The notes below the pieces were generated by a model. The model did not search any database. It saw only the letters and a program-made list of their open reading frames with translations, and was not told the origin of the DNA. A DNA stretch of 64,000 nt from Octopus sinensis (lineage: Eukaryota): NCBI RefSeq assembly GCF_006345805.1, contig NC_043000.1, forward strand, positions 122,760,001 through 122,824,000. The letters run 5' to 3'. Made by a program: the position numbers and the translations under genes. Below are positions 1-10,231 of this stretch, piece after piece. Numbering within the stretch: the stretch's first letter is position 1; every line of letters begins with the position of its first letter.

Positions 1-380
1 ATGGCGTTCAAATTTAATTATCAGCGTACATTGTTATAAAACTCGTGCATGTTCATCAGGATCAAGATGTAGATATGGAGATAAAAAATGACGAAGGCGG
101 GAGAAAGATCACAAGAAAATACTGACGTATACGTCAGAAATCTCTGTATGTCCATTGATTTCGTTTATCTTGATGAAGTGTCGTAGGTAGCATTCGCAGG
201 ATTAGATAAATATGCTAGTATTTTTTAATAGCATTGGTCTTCTTCGTTATGTTTGCATGTATCATGTCTGTATGCATGCGTACTGCATGCTAGTGTCTGC
301 GCGTGCACGTGCATGTGTGGAATCTGTATGTGTCTGTTTATCTGTGAATATGTACGTGCATGTGTGCAGGTGAGTGTATT

Positions 381-805
381 TTAATCTTTCACTTGTTTTA
401 GTTATTTGACAGGGGCCATGCTGGAGCACCGCCTTTAGTCGAGCAAATCTACCCCAGGACTCATTCTTTGTAAGCCTAGTACTTATTCTATCGGTCTATT
501 TTGCCGAACCGCTAAGTTACGGGGACGTAAACACACCAGCATCGATTGTCAAGCGATGTTGGGGAGACAAACACAGACACACAAACACACACACACACAC
601 ACACATAAATATATATCTAAATATATATATATATATATACACAACGGGCTTCTTTCAGTTTCTGTCTACCGAATCCACTCACAAGGCTTTGGTCGGCCCG
701 AGGCTCTACTAGAAGACACTTACCCAAGGTGCCATGCAGTGGGTCTGAACCCGGAACCATGTGGTTGGTAGGCAAGCTACTTACCACACAGCCACTCCTG
801 TGCCT
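381..805 (-). mobile_element. tRNA-derived SINE, working family A (CORE-like central domain, internal microsatellite)
   Basis: Minus-strand head has A-box-like TGGCTGTGTGGT and B-box-like GGTTCAG, followed by a CORE-like CACCTTGGG..AGTGTCTTCT segment. Near-identical copies lie at 39081, 48975 and 57183. Confidence 0.9.
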
Positions 806-969
806 ATTTATGTAGGATATATGCGGTTTTAGTGTTATATGCTTCTGAGTATATGTGTATGCGTTTAACGTATATGTGTGTATGTGTGTGTCTACATACT
901 TTGATATATATACATAAATATATATGCATATATGTAAGTGTATAATACACACACATACACACATACATA

Positions 970-1384
970 TTTCTTTACTACCCACAAGGGGCTAAACACA
1001 GAGGAGACAAACAAGGACAGACAGACGGATTAAGTCGATTATATCGACTCCAGTGAGTAACTGGTACTTACTTTATCGACCCCGAAAGGATGAAAGGCAA
1101 AGTCGACCTCGGCGGAATTTGAACTCAGAACGTAGCGGCAGACGAAATACCTATTTCTCTACTACCCACAAGGGGCTAAACACGGAGGGACAAACAAGGA
1201 CAGATAGACGGATTAAGTCGATTATATTGACCCCAGTGCGTAACTGGTACTTAATTTATCGACCCCGAAAGGATGAAAAGCAAAGTCGACCTCGGTGGAA
1301 TTTGAACTCAGAAGGTAACGGCAGACGAAATACCGCTAAGCATTTCGCCCGGCGTGCTAACGTTTCTGCCAGCTCGCCGCTTTT
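970..1384 (-). mobile_element. tRNA-derived SINE, working family B, dimeric form (head + two ~185 bp units)
   Basis: Head GCGGCGAGCTGGCAGAAACGTTAGCAC is followed by the unit GGTATTTCGTC...AAAGAAATA twice. Direct repeat ACACATACATA lies at 959-969 and 1385-1395, in a microsatellite context. Confidence 0.9.
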
Positions 1385-2599
1385 ACACATACATACACAC
1401 ACGCGCACATGCACACGAATAGTAATAGAAATCGGTATACCAATGTCATACGTACTGTAATACATGAGGACAAAAAAATGTAGAACAACGTTCTAAATTC
1501 TTAAATTTTTCCTTTCTTTTTTAATTTCCACCCTTCGATACCCTGAGATCCTTTCTGGGTCAACTTGGGGTTCTATCATTCCAGGGTCGATAAAATAAAT
1601 ACCATCCCTATACTAAACAACATTCACTTAATAACTCAACATATTTCCTCTCAAATCTGCGGTCTTGTACCAGAATGAGAAATCAATATATTATAGCCAT
1701 GGCCATCGCTATACACGTTAACGTAACGACGCATTTGTTACATTATAGAGCGATCAGTGATCTCATATTTGTTTCCTCTTCATTTATTTTCTCGTTTCCC
1801 TCTACCGGTAATCATTTTTCAATTCAACTAACAAGCTTGCAAAGACGCACACAACATGTCCATGCATGGCTCATATAAACTGGATACCAAATGAAGTAGA
1901 ATTGCTCGTAGAGTCTGCTAGATGGAACATCAATCATTGTGAATTCATTACGGTATACCTAAAAGCATACTTATAACTGACATTAGCTCTAAATCCGCAT
2001 GAACAGAAATTGGAGTATTGTTTCCGATCCTTTTCTGAGCTGAATCTGAATATCACCTTTTTAAACTGTTGTTATCCCCGATTCACAAACAAGAGATAAT
2101 GTTAATATAATCACTAAGGTTTTGAACACCACCACTAATTCGATTGGTACTAACAACACTACTATTACTGACATTTAATGCACCACTGATAGCAAAGAAA
2201 TGGTAGAAATAGATACTAATGTTGTGGTATAAAAGCGAAACTATTGTGCAATATAAACTATTGTGCAATATCTTCAGCAATAATGTAATATCTAAACTAA
2301 AGACAAGAGTTATCGTATATCTACATTATAAGTTATTACTCAGAAAAAAATTATTGTCTAACCAGTTAGGGTTGCAAGAGGTTATGAGAATTTTTAGGCA
2401 TGCAACATAGAGAAGATTCAGAGACTGGTTTTTGTGGGGATGGAATGAAGGTGGAATGTGGTAGTTTCGATGCTGGTGTTTTAGCATGTCTGACTGGATA
2501 ATGAACTTGTTTTGTCAACTGCACTTTTTGGCACTAGAGGCAAAAGCACGCTTACATAAACACACATATGCACGCATGTACGAGCAAAAATATACACGT

Positions 2600-2743
2600 A
2601 CAGGTGTAAGCATGACAGCAGGCACGGGCGTTACAACAGGCGCAGGCGTGGCAACAGGTGCAAGCGTGGTAACAGGTGCGGGCGTGGCAACAGGCGCGGG
2701 CGTGGCAACAGGCGCAGGCGTGGCAACAGGCGTAAGCGTGGCT
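2600..2743 (+). repeat. 18-bp minisatellite, 8 units (consensus ACAGGCGCAGGCGTGGCA)
   Basis: Directly visible; it translates as TGAGVA repeats in the ORF track. The last unit runs into a family A SINE head. Confidence 0.9.
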
Positions 2744-3111
2744 GCGTAGTAAGAAGTTTGCTTCCGGACCACATAGTTCTGTGTTAGTTCTGCGTTAGTC
2801 CCGCTGCGTGAGACCTTGAGCAAGTGTCTTCTACACTGGCCTTAGAATCGACCAAAGTCTTGTGAGTGGATTTGGCAGACGGAAATTAAAAGAAGCCCAT
2901 CGTATGTGCATCCCCGTTACCATCGCCACCACCATTTGACACCAATTTTTCGCTTGTTTACATCCCTGTAAATTTAGCGGTTTGACAAAAAAGATCGAAA
3001 AATAGTACCTGGCTTAAAAAAGTACGAGGGTCGAGTCGAGCGACTACAATTTCTGTAAGGCGGTGCCCCAGCATGACCGCTGTCTAATAACTGAAACAAG
3101 TAAAAGATAAA
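2726..3111 (+). mobile_element. Family A SINE, diverged copy
   Basis: Contains GACCTTGAGCAAGTGTCTTCT, GTGAGTGGATTTGGCAGACGGAAA and the 3' GGCGGTGCCCCAGCATG...CTGAAACAAGTAAAAGATAA, all matching family A. Confidence 0.8.
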
Positions 3112-3194
3112 AAGGAAAGGAAAACACAGATAGAGAGTGTGAGAGAGAGAGAGAGGGAGAGAGCAAAAGAGAAAGCGAGAGAGAGAAAAGAGAC

Positions 3195-3430
3195 TTTTAC
3201 TACCATTATGTCCCTTTTACCGAACCGCCAAGTTACATGGACGTAAACAAACCAACACCAGTCGTTACGCTATGGAGAAGGGACACGAGCACATATACAA
3301 AGAAACAGGCACACGGACACATACAACATATAAACACACACTCATATATATATATATATCTATATATATATATATATATATATACTTATGTGTGTGTGTG
3401 ACGGCTTCCACACAGTTTCCCTCTACCGCG
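3195..3430 (-). mobile_element. Old family A-like SINE fragment
   Basis: CCGAACCGCCAAGTTAC..GGACGTAAACAAACCAACACC and CAGTTTCCCTCTACC resemble family A segments. Confidence 0.55.
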
Positions 3431-4173
3431 TTGTGATATTTAACTAGACACCACGTGATTATAAAGCGAGCTTCTAAACGACGGAGCCACCTTTGTCTCT
3501 ATACGAAAACTACTTCTGAGCTAAATGATATGTTGTTACTGTACATAAAAACCCTTGAAACAGACCAGATTCACATTGATAAGATGGACTCTAAATCTAC
3601 TCTACTCTTTTAGACTGTTCTTCAAACTGAATTTATCACAGAATAGCAATTTTCAGCAGTATTTTTCCCAGTATCATTAGATATCAGGTGTGGAAAACCT
3701 TTTCTGGAACTTTACAGAGCTGTCTTCATAATTTGATTTCTCCTCGTCTCAGCGCGACACAACAATACCATAAAACTCGATTTACAAATAATTTAGAATT
3801 TATTCACGATATTAACATTACTCCCAATGGCTTCTAGGACAATAACATACTAGCGATAATATTTTATAACCGAAGTAAAGCAGAAATTGGAGACGGAAAC
3901 GTCGCCATATAGCACTGATGATGATTTATATAACGAAGGAGTAAGAAACTCCATAAATGAAAGGCAACACAAAGGAGTCAAAAGGATTTCCAAGTATCAG
4001 CTTACTCGTAATAAATGCTTCTCGATATACAGAGGAAACAAAGGTATCTTTTCAGTTATCCATTATCTTTTATCTAGTCACTGGACTGCGGTCATTCTGG
4101 AGAACTGGCTTGAAGAGTTTTAGTCGAACAAATCGCACCCCACCCCGCTTATTCTTTTCATCAGTCTATACAT

Positions 4174-4492
4174 CTGAGAGCCTTTTCGGTCACGACACAG
4201 ACCATGGGATTGGACCTAGAAAGTTACCCTCCCAGGCACAAGTCCGGGCAAGGTTGTTTTATGCATACCGGTCTCCCCTCTCCACGCCACCAGTGTTATT
4301 CAAAGGAAAGGCAACAGCAGATACAGCTTGGCACCTGTGATGTCGCAACTCATTTCTACAGCTAAGTGAACTGGAGCAATGTGAAATAAAGTGTCTTGCT
4401 CAAGAACACAACACGCAGCCCGGTTCGGGATTCGAGCTCACAACTTCACGATCGTAAGCTCGACGCTCTAACCACTGAGCCATGCGCCTTCA
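4174..4492 (-). mobile_element. tRNA-derived SINE, working family C3
   Basis: Head GAAGGCGCATGGCTCAGTGGTTAGAGCG...TCGAATCCCG. 15-bp TSD CATCAGTCTATACAT at 4159-4173 and 4493-4507. Sister copy at 38568. Confidence 0.92.
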
Positions 4493-4638
4493 CATCAGTC
4501 TATACATACATATAAAAAGTTACTTGGAGAATAGAAACGAAACGACGCGAGGGCGCTCAGTCATATAATAATTAATAAATAAAATATATACATACATACA
4601 TATATGTACGTACCTACATCTATATGTATATATACATG

Positions 4639-4686
<48 letters not shown>

Positions 4687-5729
4687 GTCGTTATATTGAC
4701 GACATTATCGGTGCCACCTCACTCTCCCGCGAACATCTAGATTCCTTCTCTCTTTCGTCCAATCTTTCCAATCCAGCCCTCCACTTCACTTCCACTATCT
4801 CCAACACCTCTGTCTCCTTCCTCGACATTTCGGTTAGCATTCTTGACTCCACTCTTACCACCTCCATTCACTACAACACACAGACTCACACTCATACCTC
4901 AACTTCCTTCCTCCCACCAGAACACACACCAAGCTTTCCATCCCCTATTCCCAATTCCTCCGTCTACGTAGGCTCTGTAGTGACGACCATGACTTTGAGA
5001 CTCAGTCTCAACGTATGGCTCACCACTTCACCTACGTGGATACCCCCTCACCACTATCCACACCGCCCTTGCCAGAGCACGGTCCGTGGACCGTGTATCT
5101 GCTCTCTCTCCCCGAACCCGCCCTGTAGTCTCCCGCCTCCCTTTTCCCCTCACTTACCACCCCACGACCCTACGTCTCCAACGCACCATTCTTCGAGCTT
5201 TCCGTCGTCTCCAGTCCGACCCGTCCACTTCAAACCTCTTCCCTAACCGACCCCTCCCCTCTTTCAAAACGAGCCCACAACCTCGAGACTTTTGGTCCAT
5301 AGCTCCTTCCCTGACCCTACCTCCCAACCCGGCTCGTTCCCCTGCTCCCGCCCACGTTGCCGCACTTGCCCTTACCTCTCCAACACCACCCGCCTCACTA
5401 GCACCCACCATCGACCCTATCCCATCATCCGCTCCTTCACCTGCACCTCCAGCAATATTATCTATTGCATCTCTTGCTCTCTCTGCAATTCCTTGTACAT
5501 CGGACAACACGGGACGCCGCTTGGCTGACCGGTTCGCGGAACACCTTCGTGACATCCACCTTGCGAACGACACACCGGTCTCACGCCATTTCCGCTCCAC
5601 CGGTCACTCCTTGCAACACCTATCTGTGTTCGGTTTGTCCTTACACAGAGGCCATCCGGATTCCCGTTTGCGCCGTGAACAGGAATTATTAATCTTCTCT
5701 CTTCGCTCTTATACGCCATTTGGTCTCAA

Positions 5730-6045
5730 CTCTCCCCCCCCTCCTCATCTAACCCCCTCTCCCCCTCCTCACCTATCCTTTCTCCCCCCCGACCCCACTT
5801 CTTCAGTCCTTCATCCTTTCACCCCTACTCCCCTTCCCCCTTCTTCCCTCTTTCTCCCTCCCTCTTCCTCTTCCCTCTGCTCCCTCACTCCCTCTCTCCC
5901 CTTCTCTCTCCCCCTCTCCCTCTTTCCTCCTTCATCCCTCTCCTCCCCTTCCTTCTCCCATCCTCTCCTCTTCACCCTCCCCTCCCCCTCTTCTTCCCCT
6001 CCCCTTCTCCCCCCTCTTCTCCCCTCCCCCTCTTCTCCTCACTAC
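5730..6045 (+). repeat. Pure C/T polypyrimidine low-complexity tract within the Penelope-like 3' region
   Basis: About 300 bp almost devoid of purines on the plus strand. Confidence 0.9.
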
Positions 6046-6139
6046 ACCACATGACTTACACATCACATCACATATGATGTGCCATACTAATACACACACC
6101 AACTAATACATACATATAATAATACTACTAATACATACT

Positions 6140-6425
6140 AGTACATACTAATACTTACACCAACCCTATACATACACACGTCCAGACCCCGCATACGCAC
6201 TTATACTCTCTCACACAACACACACCACACCTATACATACCAATACGTACTAATACATACTAATACATACTAATACATACACCAACCCCATACATACGCA
6301 CGTCCAGACCAATCCCACGCACTGATACTCTCTCATACACACACACACACACACACACACCCTTATACATACTAATACATACACCAACCCTATACATACA
6401 CATCCAGACCCCTCCCACGCACTTT
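6140..6425 (+). repeat. Three degenerate tandem copies (~100-123 bp period) of a TACTAATAC.TACACCAACCC.ATACATAC.CA.GTCCAGACC unit
   Basis: Copies begin near 6147, 6270 and 6370 and are separated by AC-rich spacers. Confidence 0.75.
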
Positions 6426-6577
6426 TAGCTGGTCCCTCAACCCTATTATCTCCCCTTATTTCGCTCTCGCGTCTCATTTGATCTTTGACCTCTGGCCGAA
6501 ATCAGATCGCCATGTTGATTCGTTAGCTACTGCACGCATTTTTTCTCTCCTTCTTTTGTGTTTTTTTTCTGTGTGTA

Positions 6578-6615
6578 TCTTTCTGTTGAAGAGCGTAGGC
6601 TCGAAACGTTAAAGA
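6578..6615 (+). ncRNA. Minimal type I hammerhead ribozyme-like motif (degenerate, A6>U)
   Basis: UCUUU-CUGUUGA-A-GAGC/GUAG/GCUC-GAAA-C-GU-U-AAAGA: 5-bp stem I, 4-bp stem II, palindromic ACGU stem III. Confidence 0.75.
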
Positions 6616-6728
6616 CTTGTTTTATTTATATTTCCTGAGCGCCATACTAATACAATTGTTCGTTTGTTTTCCACCTGCCTTCGTCTTTTGTTTATTTTCA
6701 TAAAGCTTCCGTTATATATATATATATA

Positions 6729-6778
<50 letters not shown>

Positions 6779-6804
6779 ATATATATATATAGATATTATA
6801 TATA

Positions 6805-7140
6805 TGAGTAAAGGACACCACAAATAAACGAACACAACGAAAAACGAAAACATAAAAACAAACTAGGAAACGGACTTTTTTTAACAACGAAAAAACAGAG
6901 TACAAGACAAACAATACAAGGAATATTCCCCTTCATCAGCTGTCCCTGGTTCGACTCAATGCGTGTTTCGAAGGTAAGGACAGAACACGATCCGGTCGAA
7001 GCAGTCCTTCTTGCAAAAGAATTAAATAAAATTCTTATGCAGAGGGGTAAAACAAGGAAAGAAAAAAAGTGACAAGAACAGGACCTAAAAGCAATACAAA
7101 TAAAAATGCAGTACACTTAAAGAATAAAAACAGGACAATG
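6805..7140 (-). mobile_element. Non-coding Penelope-type terminal-repeat element, family X copy 1
   Basis: Homologous to 12941-13330: shared TTTTACCCCTCTGC, CCTTCGAAAC, CTGA.GAAGGG and the 3' end TGTTTTCGTTT..TTGTGTTCG..GGTGTCC.TACTCATA. The 3' end runs into (TA)n. The Penelope affinity is inferred from architecture only. Confidence 0.7.
6928..6989 (-). ncRNA. Candidate non-circularly permuted hammerhead ribozyme, copy 1
   Basis: Order on the minus strand: CGUGU-U(H17)-CUGUCCUU-A-CCUUC-GAAA-CACG-14 nt-AGGGACAG-CUGAUGA-AGGGG. Stem III is CGUGU/ACACG and stem I is CUGUCCUU/AGGGACAG. Confidence 0.6.
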
Positions 7141-7276
7141 AAACCAACATTAAGGGCTTTTTTTTAAGCCTAGACGATGGAAAAATTCGGAGCGCAAGAA
7201 AAAGTCGGTGTTGACTTGTAGAAAGCTGCGAGCAAAAGAAAGTTGGTAGTCCACTCAGCAGTGAGAGAGATGAGGA

Positions 7277-7312
<36 letters not shown>

Positions 7313-7409
7313 GGAAACTAGAAAGGGTGAAAAATAAGGAGAGAGACAGGTAAAGAGGAAGACAGACAGGAAGGAAGGAAAGGTCAAGTAAAGGGTTACA
7401 GAGTTCACT

Positions 7410-7511
7410 CACATACATATATACATACATACGTACATACATACATACATACATACATACATACATACATACATACATACATACATACATACATACATAC
7501 ATACATGCATT
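7410..7511. repeat. (CATA)n microsatellite, the 3' tail of the adjacent RTE LINE on the minus strand
   Basis: About 25 CATA units directly at the 3' end of the RTE fragment. Confidence 0.9.
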
Positions 7512-7985
7512 CATACATACTTGGTGGTTGTCTACTCATTATGCAGAGTTTGACCACCTCCTGTACTGACACCTTCGAACCATCACAGCATCTGATGTAG
7601 CTTTTAAAACCAGACAATGTTTTGAAAAGACAGCCCACATAGATTGCACCTCCAATTTGGACGACCAAGAGCCGCAGATAAGTTATGATCTTTGTGGATC
7701 TTAAAATGTCTTTTGAGGCCTCCGTTAGATTTACAAACCTTCTGAAAGGTGTGCACAGATATATAGGCAGAATAGTTGGTGGAGGTTCGTTTTCTATGGG
7801 TTTGGAAATGAGATTTGAGCCCAGCAAAAGAAAGGCATGGTCTGTCACAAACCGTGCAAACAAAAAGTTCATTGTGATTCACCTTCTCGGTCGTAACATT
7901 CTTCTTGAAATCTCTCTTCAGTTTTGCATGCATTATCCTGTCCTCTTCAAACTCTTTCACTCCACTCCACACCCTTGTTCGCCAT
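7512..7985 (-). mobile_element. RTE-clade LINE 3' end with C2H2 zinc-finger-like C-terminus
   Basis: WRTRVWSGVKEFEEDRIMHAKLKR..CTVCDRPCLSFAGLKSHFQTH is typical of an RTE ORF C-terminus. Two more degenerate fingers follow, then the (TATG)n tail. Confidence 0.8.
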
Positions 7986-8061
7986 ATATAAATGTATCTA
8001 TACAATGTAACTACACACGTGTTGTTGGCGATTTCTTTTACTTCTTCAGACGTTTCTCTTT

Positions 8062-8100
8062 CTCCTTTCCGACGAAGAGCTATGCTCGAAACGTCAGACT
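8062..8100 (+). ncRNA. Minimal type I hammerhead-like motif (degenerate, U4>C, weak stem I)
   Basis: CCGACGA-A-GAGC/UAU/GCUC-GAAAC-GUC. The downstream CTGAGCG..A.ACTAATACA is shared with the Penelope-like 3' end at 6637-6652, so 7990-8172 is a related terminal-repeat fragment. Confidence 0.7.
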
Positions 8101-8190
8101 CCTTCTTTATACACTGAGCGTCAAACTAATACATTCCGAGTGTACATTCTTCTTGCTGTCTGTCAACTTTATTCGTTTATTTCAATTGAT

Positions 8191-8227
<37 letters not shown>

Positions 8228-8320
8228 ACATGCATGCGCGTGTGTATATATATATGCATACATACTTACAGACACACACACACATACACACACATACAAA
8301 CACACATATAAACACACTAG

Positions 8321-9100
8321 TTGGCAGAATCGCGAGCACGCCGGGCGAAATGCTTAGCGGTATTTCGTCTGCCGCTACGTTCTGAGTTCAAATTCCGCCG
8401 AGAGTTTTAAGTCAGCCATATAAAATAGATGGCTTTTTTTTTTTTGAAAATTTTATACCCATATCCTGTTCTGTTTAATTCACTTGTAAGGGGCATTAGG
8501 GCTATGCAGAATATTAAAGGTGAAAGTGAGTCACCTTGAAAAATGCCACAGTTGATGTTTATATTCTCTGAGGCAAGTACTCCATTAGAGTGGTATAATT
8601 GGAGATTCGTATTCCACAACGACATATTATGCTTCAGGAAGCTTGAAATCATAGGGGAAATTTTGAAGATGTCCAGCGATTTCAAGATCCATGAATGCGG
8701 TATACTGTCGAAGGACTTTTCATAGTCAATCCATTCGGAGCTGAAATTTCTGCGCTTGTTGTGACAGTTCTCAAGGATCATACGATTAATTAGCAGTTGA
8801 TCTTTGCATCCGTATGAGCCTCGGCGGCACCCTTTTTGTTCAATGGGGAAAATGTCGTTCTTCTCCATGAATGCATATGTCCTTGTTTGTCCCCTCTGTG
8901 TTTAGCCCCTTGTGGGCAGTAAAATAGGTATTTCGTCTGCCGTTACGTTTTGAGTTCACATTCCGCCGAGCTTGACTTCGCCTTTCATCCTTTCAGGGTC
9001 AATTAAATAAGTACCAGTTACGATCTGGGGTCGATCTAATCGACTTAATCACTTTGTTTGTCCCCTCTGTGTTTAGATCCCTGTGGGCAATAAAGAAATA
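8321..9100 (+). mobile_element. Family B SINE (dimeric) interrupted by an antisense LINE RT fragment
   Basis: The head and first-unit start occupy 8321-8403. The SINE resumes at TGTCCTTGTTTGTCCCC (~8878) and continues through a second unit to AAAGAAATA at 9100. Confidence 0.85.
8404..8877 (-). mobile_element. R4/Dong-like non-LTR reverse transcriptase fragment
   Basis: EQKGCRRGSYGCKDQL, WIDYEKSFDSIPH, GIFQGDSLSPL and, after a frameshift, SHLFYMADLKL. A diverged relative of the RT at 24050-24800. Confidence 0.9.
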
Positions 9101-9105
9101 TATAC

Positions 9106-9138
<33 letters not shown>

Positions 9139-9373
9139 GTAGTTCGAAAACAAACACTGCTAGAATAAGAACCATACTTAAAAGTAGGTAGTAGGGTTGA
9201 TGTGTTTGGCTAAAACTCTTCAAGGAAGTGCTCATCATAGCTGCTGTCCAATAACTGACGCAAGTAAAAGCAGTATATACGTTGGGTGCCCAAAGAGAGA
9301 GGTAACAAAGGGAGATAATTTTTTTATACTGCTTGGTGGAATTTGTGCACACCCATGTATATACTACTCACAC

Positions 9374-9760
9374 GTGGAAGCGCAATGGCCCAGTGGTTAG
9401 GGCAGCGGACTCGCGGTCATAGGATCGCGGTTTCGATTCCCAGACCGGGCGTTGTGAGTGTTTATTGAGCGAAAACACCTAAAAGCTCCATGAGGCTCCG
9501 GCAGGGGATGGTGGTGATTCCTGCTGTACTCTTTCACCACAACTTTCTCTCACTCTTACTTCCTGTTTCTGTTGTACCTGTATTTCAAAGGGCCGGCCTT
9601 GGCACTCTCTGTGTCACGCTGAATATCCCTGAGAACTACGTTAAGGGTACACGTGTCTGTGGAGTGCTCAGCCACTTACACGTTAATTTCACGAGCAGGC
9701 TGTTCCGTTGATTCGGATCAACCGGAACCCTTGTCGTCGTAACCGACGGAGTGCTTCCAC
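9374..9760 (+). mobile_element. tRNA-derived SINE, working family C1, full length
   Basis: Head GCGCAATGGCCCAGTGGTTAGGGCAGCGG...GGTTTCGATTCCC. 13-bp TSD ATACTACTCACAC at 9361-9373 and 9761-9773. Confidence 0.93.
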
Positions 9761-9774
9761 ATACTACTCACACA

Positions 9775-10075
9775 CGTATATGTGTATGATGTGTGTTGGC
9801 GAGTGTTGATGTGTGTGTTGTGTGTGTATGTGTGTGTGTGTGTGAGTGTGTGTGTCTGTGTGTGCGTATATGTGTGTCTGTGTGTGCGTATGTGTGTGTC
9901 TGTGTGTGCGTATGTGTGTGTCTGTGTGTGCGTATGTGTGTATGTTTCTGCGTGCGTGTGTGCGTGTTGTGATTGTGTGTGTGTTTTTGTGCGTGTCTAT
10001 GTGTGTGTGTGCGCGTGTGTGTATGCATGTGTTGTGGCTTTGTGTGAGTATGTGTGTGCGCGTGTGTGCGTGCGT
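9775..10075. repeat. (GT)n-rich degenerate microsatellite
   Basis: Directly visible. Confidence 0.9.
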
Positions 10076-10190
10076 GGGACAAGCTACAGAAACGGAATAA
10101 CACGATTACACCTGAACACGTTAAGTGGAAAATAATAAGAGCTAGCAATTACCAGAGATGTTTGCAATAAGGCACCATCAACACCATCAT

Positions 10191-10231
<41 letters not shown>

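Larger units (their letters stand above)
4687..6712 (+). mobile_element. 5'-truncated Penelope-like retroelement (RT C-terminal part + GIY-YIG endonuclease + long 3' region with hammerhead-like motif)
   Basis: RYIDDI at 4689; FLDISV and SHSYLNF-type RT/thumb motifs; Cys linker CSRPRCRTCP; NIIYCISC..YIG at 5454-5504; RFAEH, HF..GH and terminal GLN at ~5730. Several frameshifts. Both ends abut (TA)n tracts. The Cys-rich linker suggests the Neptune group (inference). Confidence 0.92.

Noticed and set aside
362-376. Consensus splice donor CAG|GTGAGT
   Set aside because: It lies in GT-rich low-complexity sequence with no identifiable upstream exon; a chance match is likely.
2600-2743. Regular short repeats as a CRISPR-like array (also 58044-58118)
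   Set aside because: The units are contiguous with no unique spacers, the context is eukaryotic, and there are no cas genes.
7590-7860. C2H2 motifs as a host zinc-finger gene
   Set aside because: They are frameshifted, contiguous with an RTE-type C-terminus and followed by a (TATG)n tail.
9374-9450. tRNA-like heads as real tRNA genes (also at 4430, 28380, 37787, 38568, 46227)
   Set aside because: They lack an acceptor stem and poly-T terminator, continue into SINE bodies, and have TSDs.
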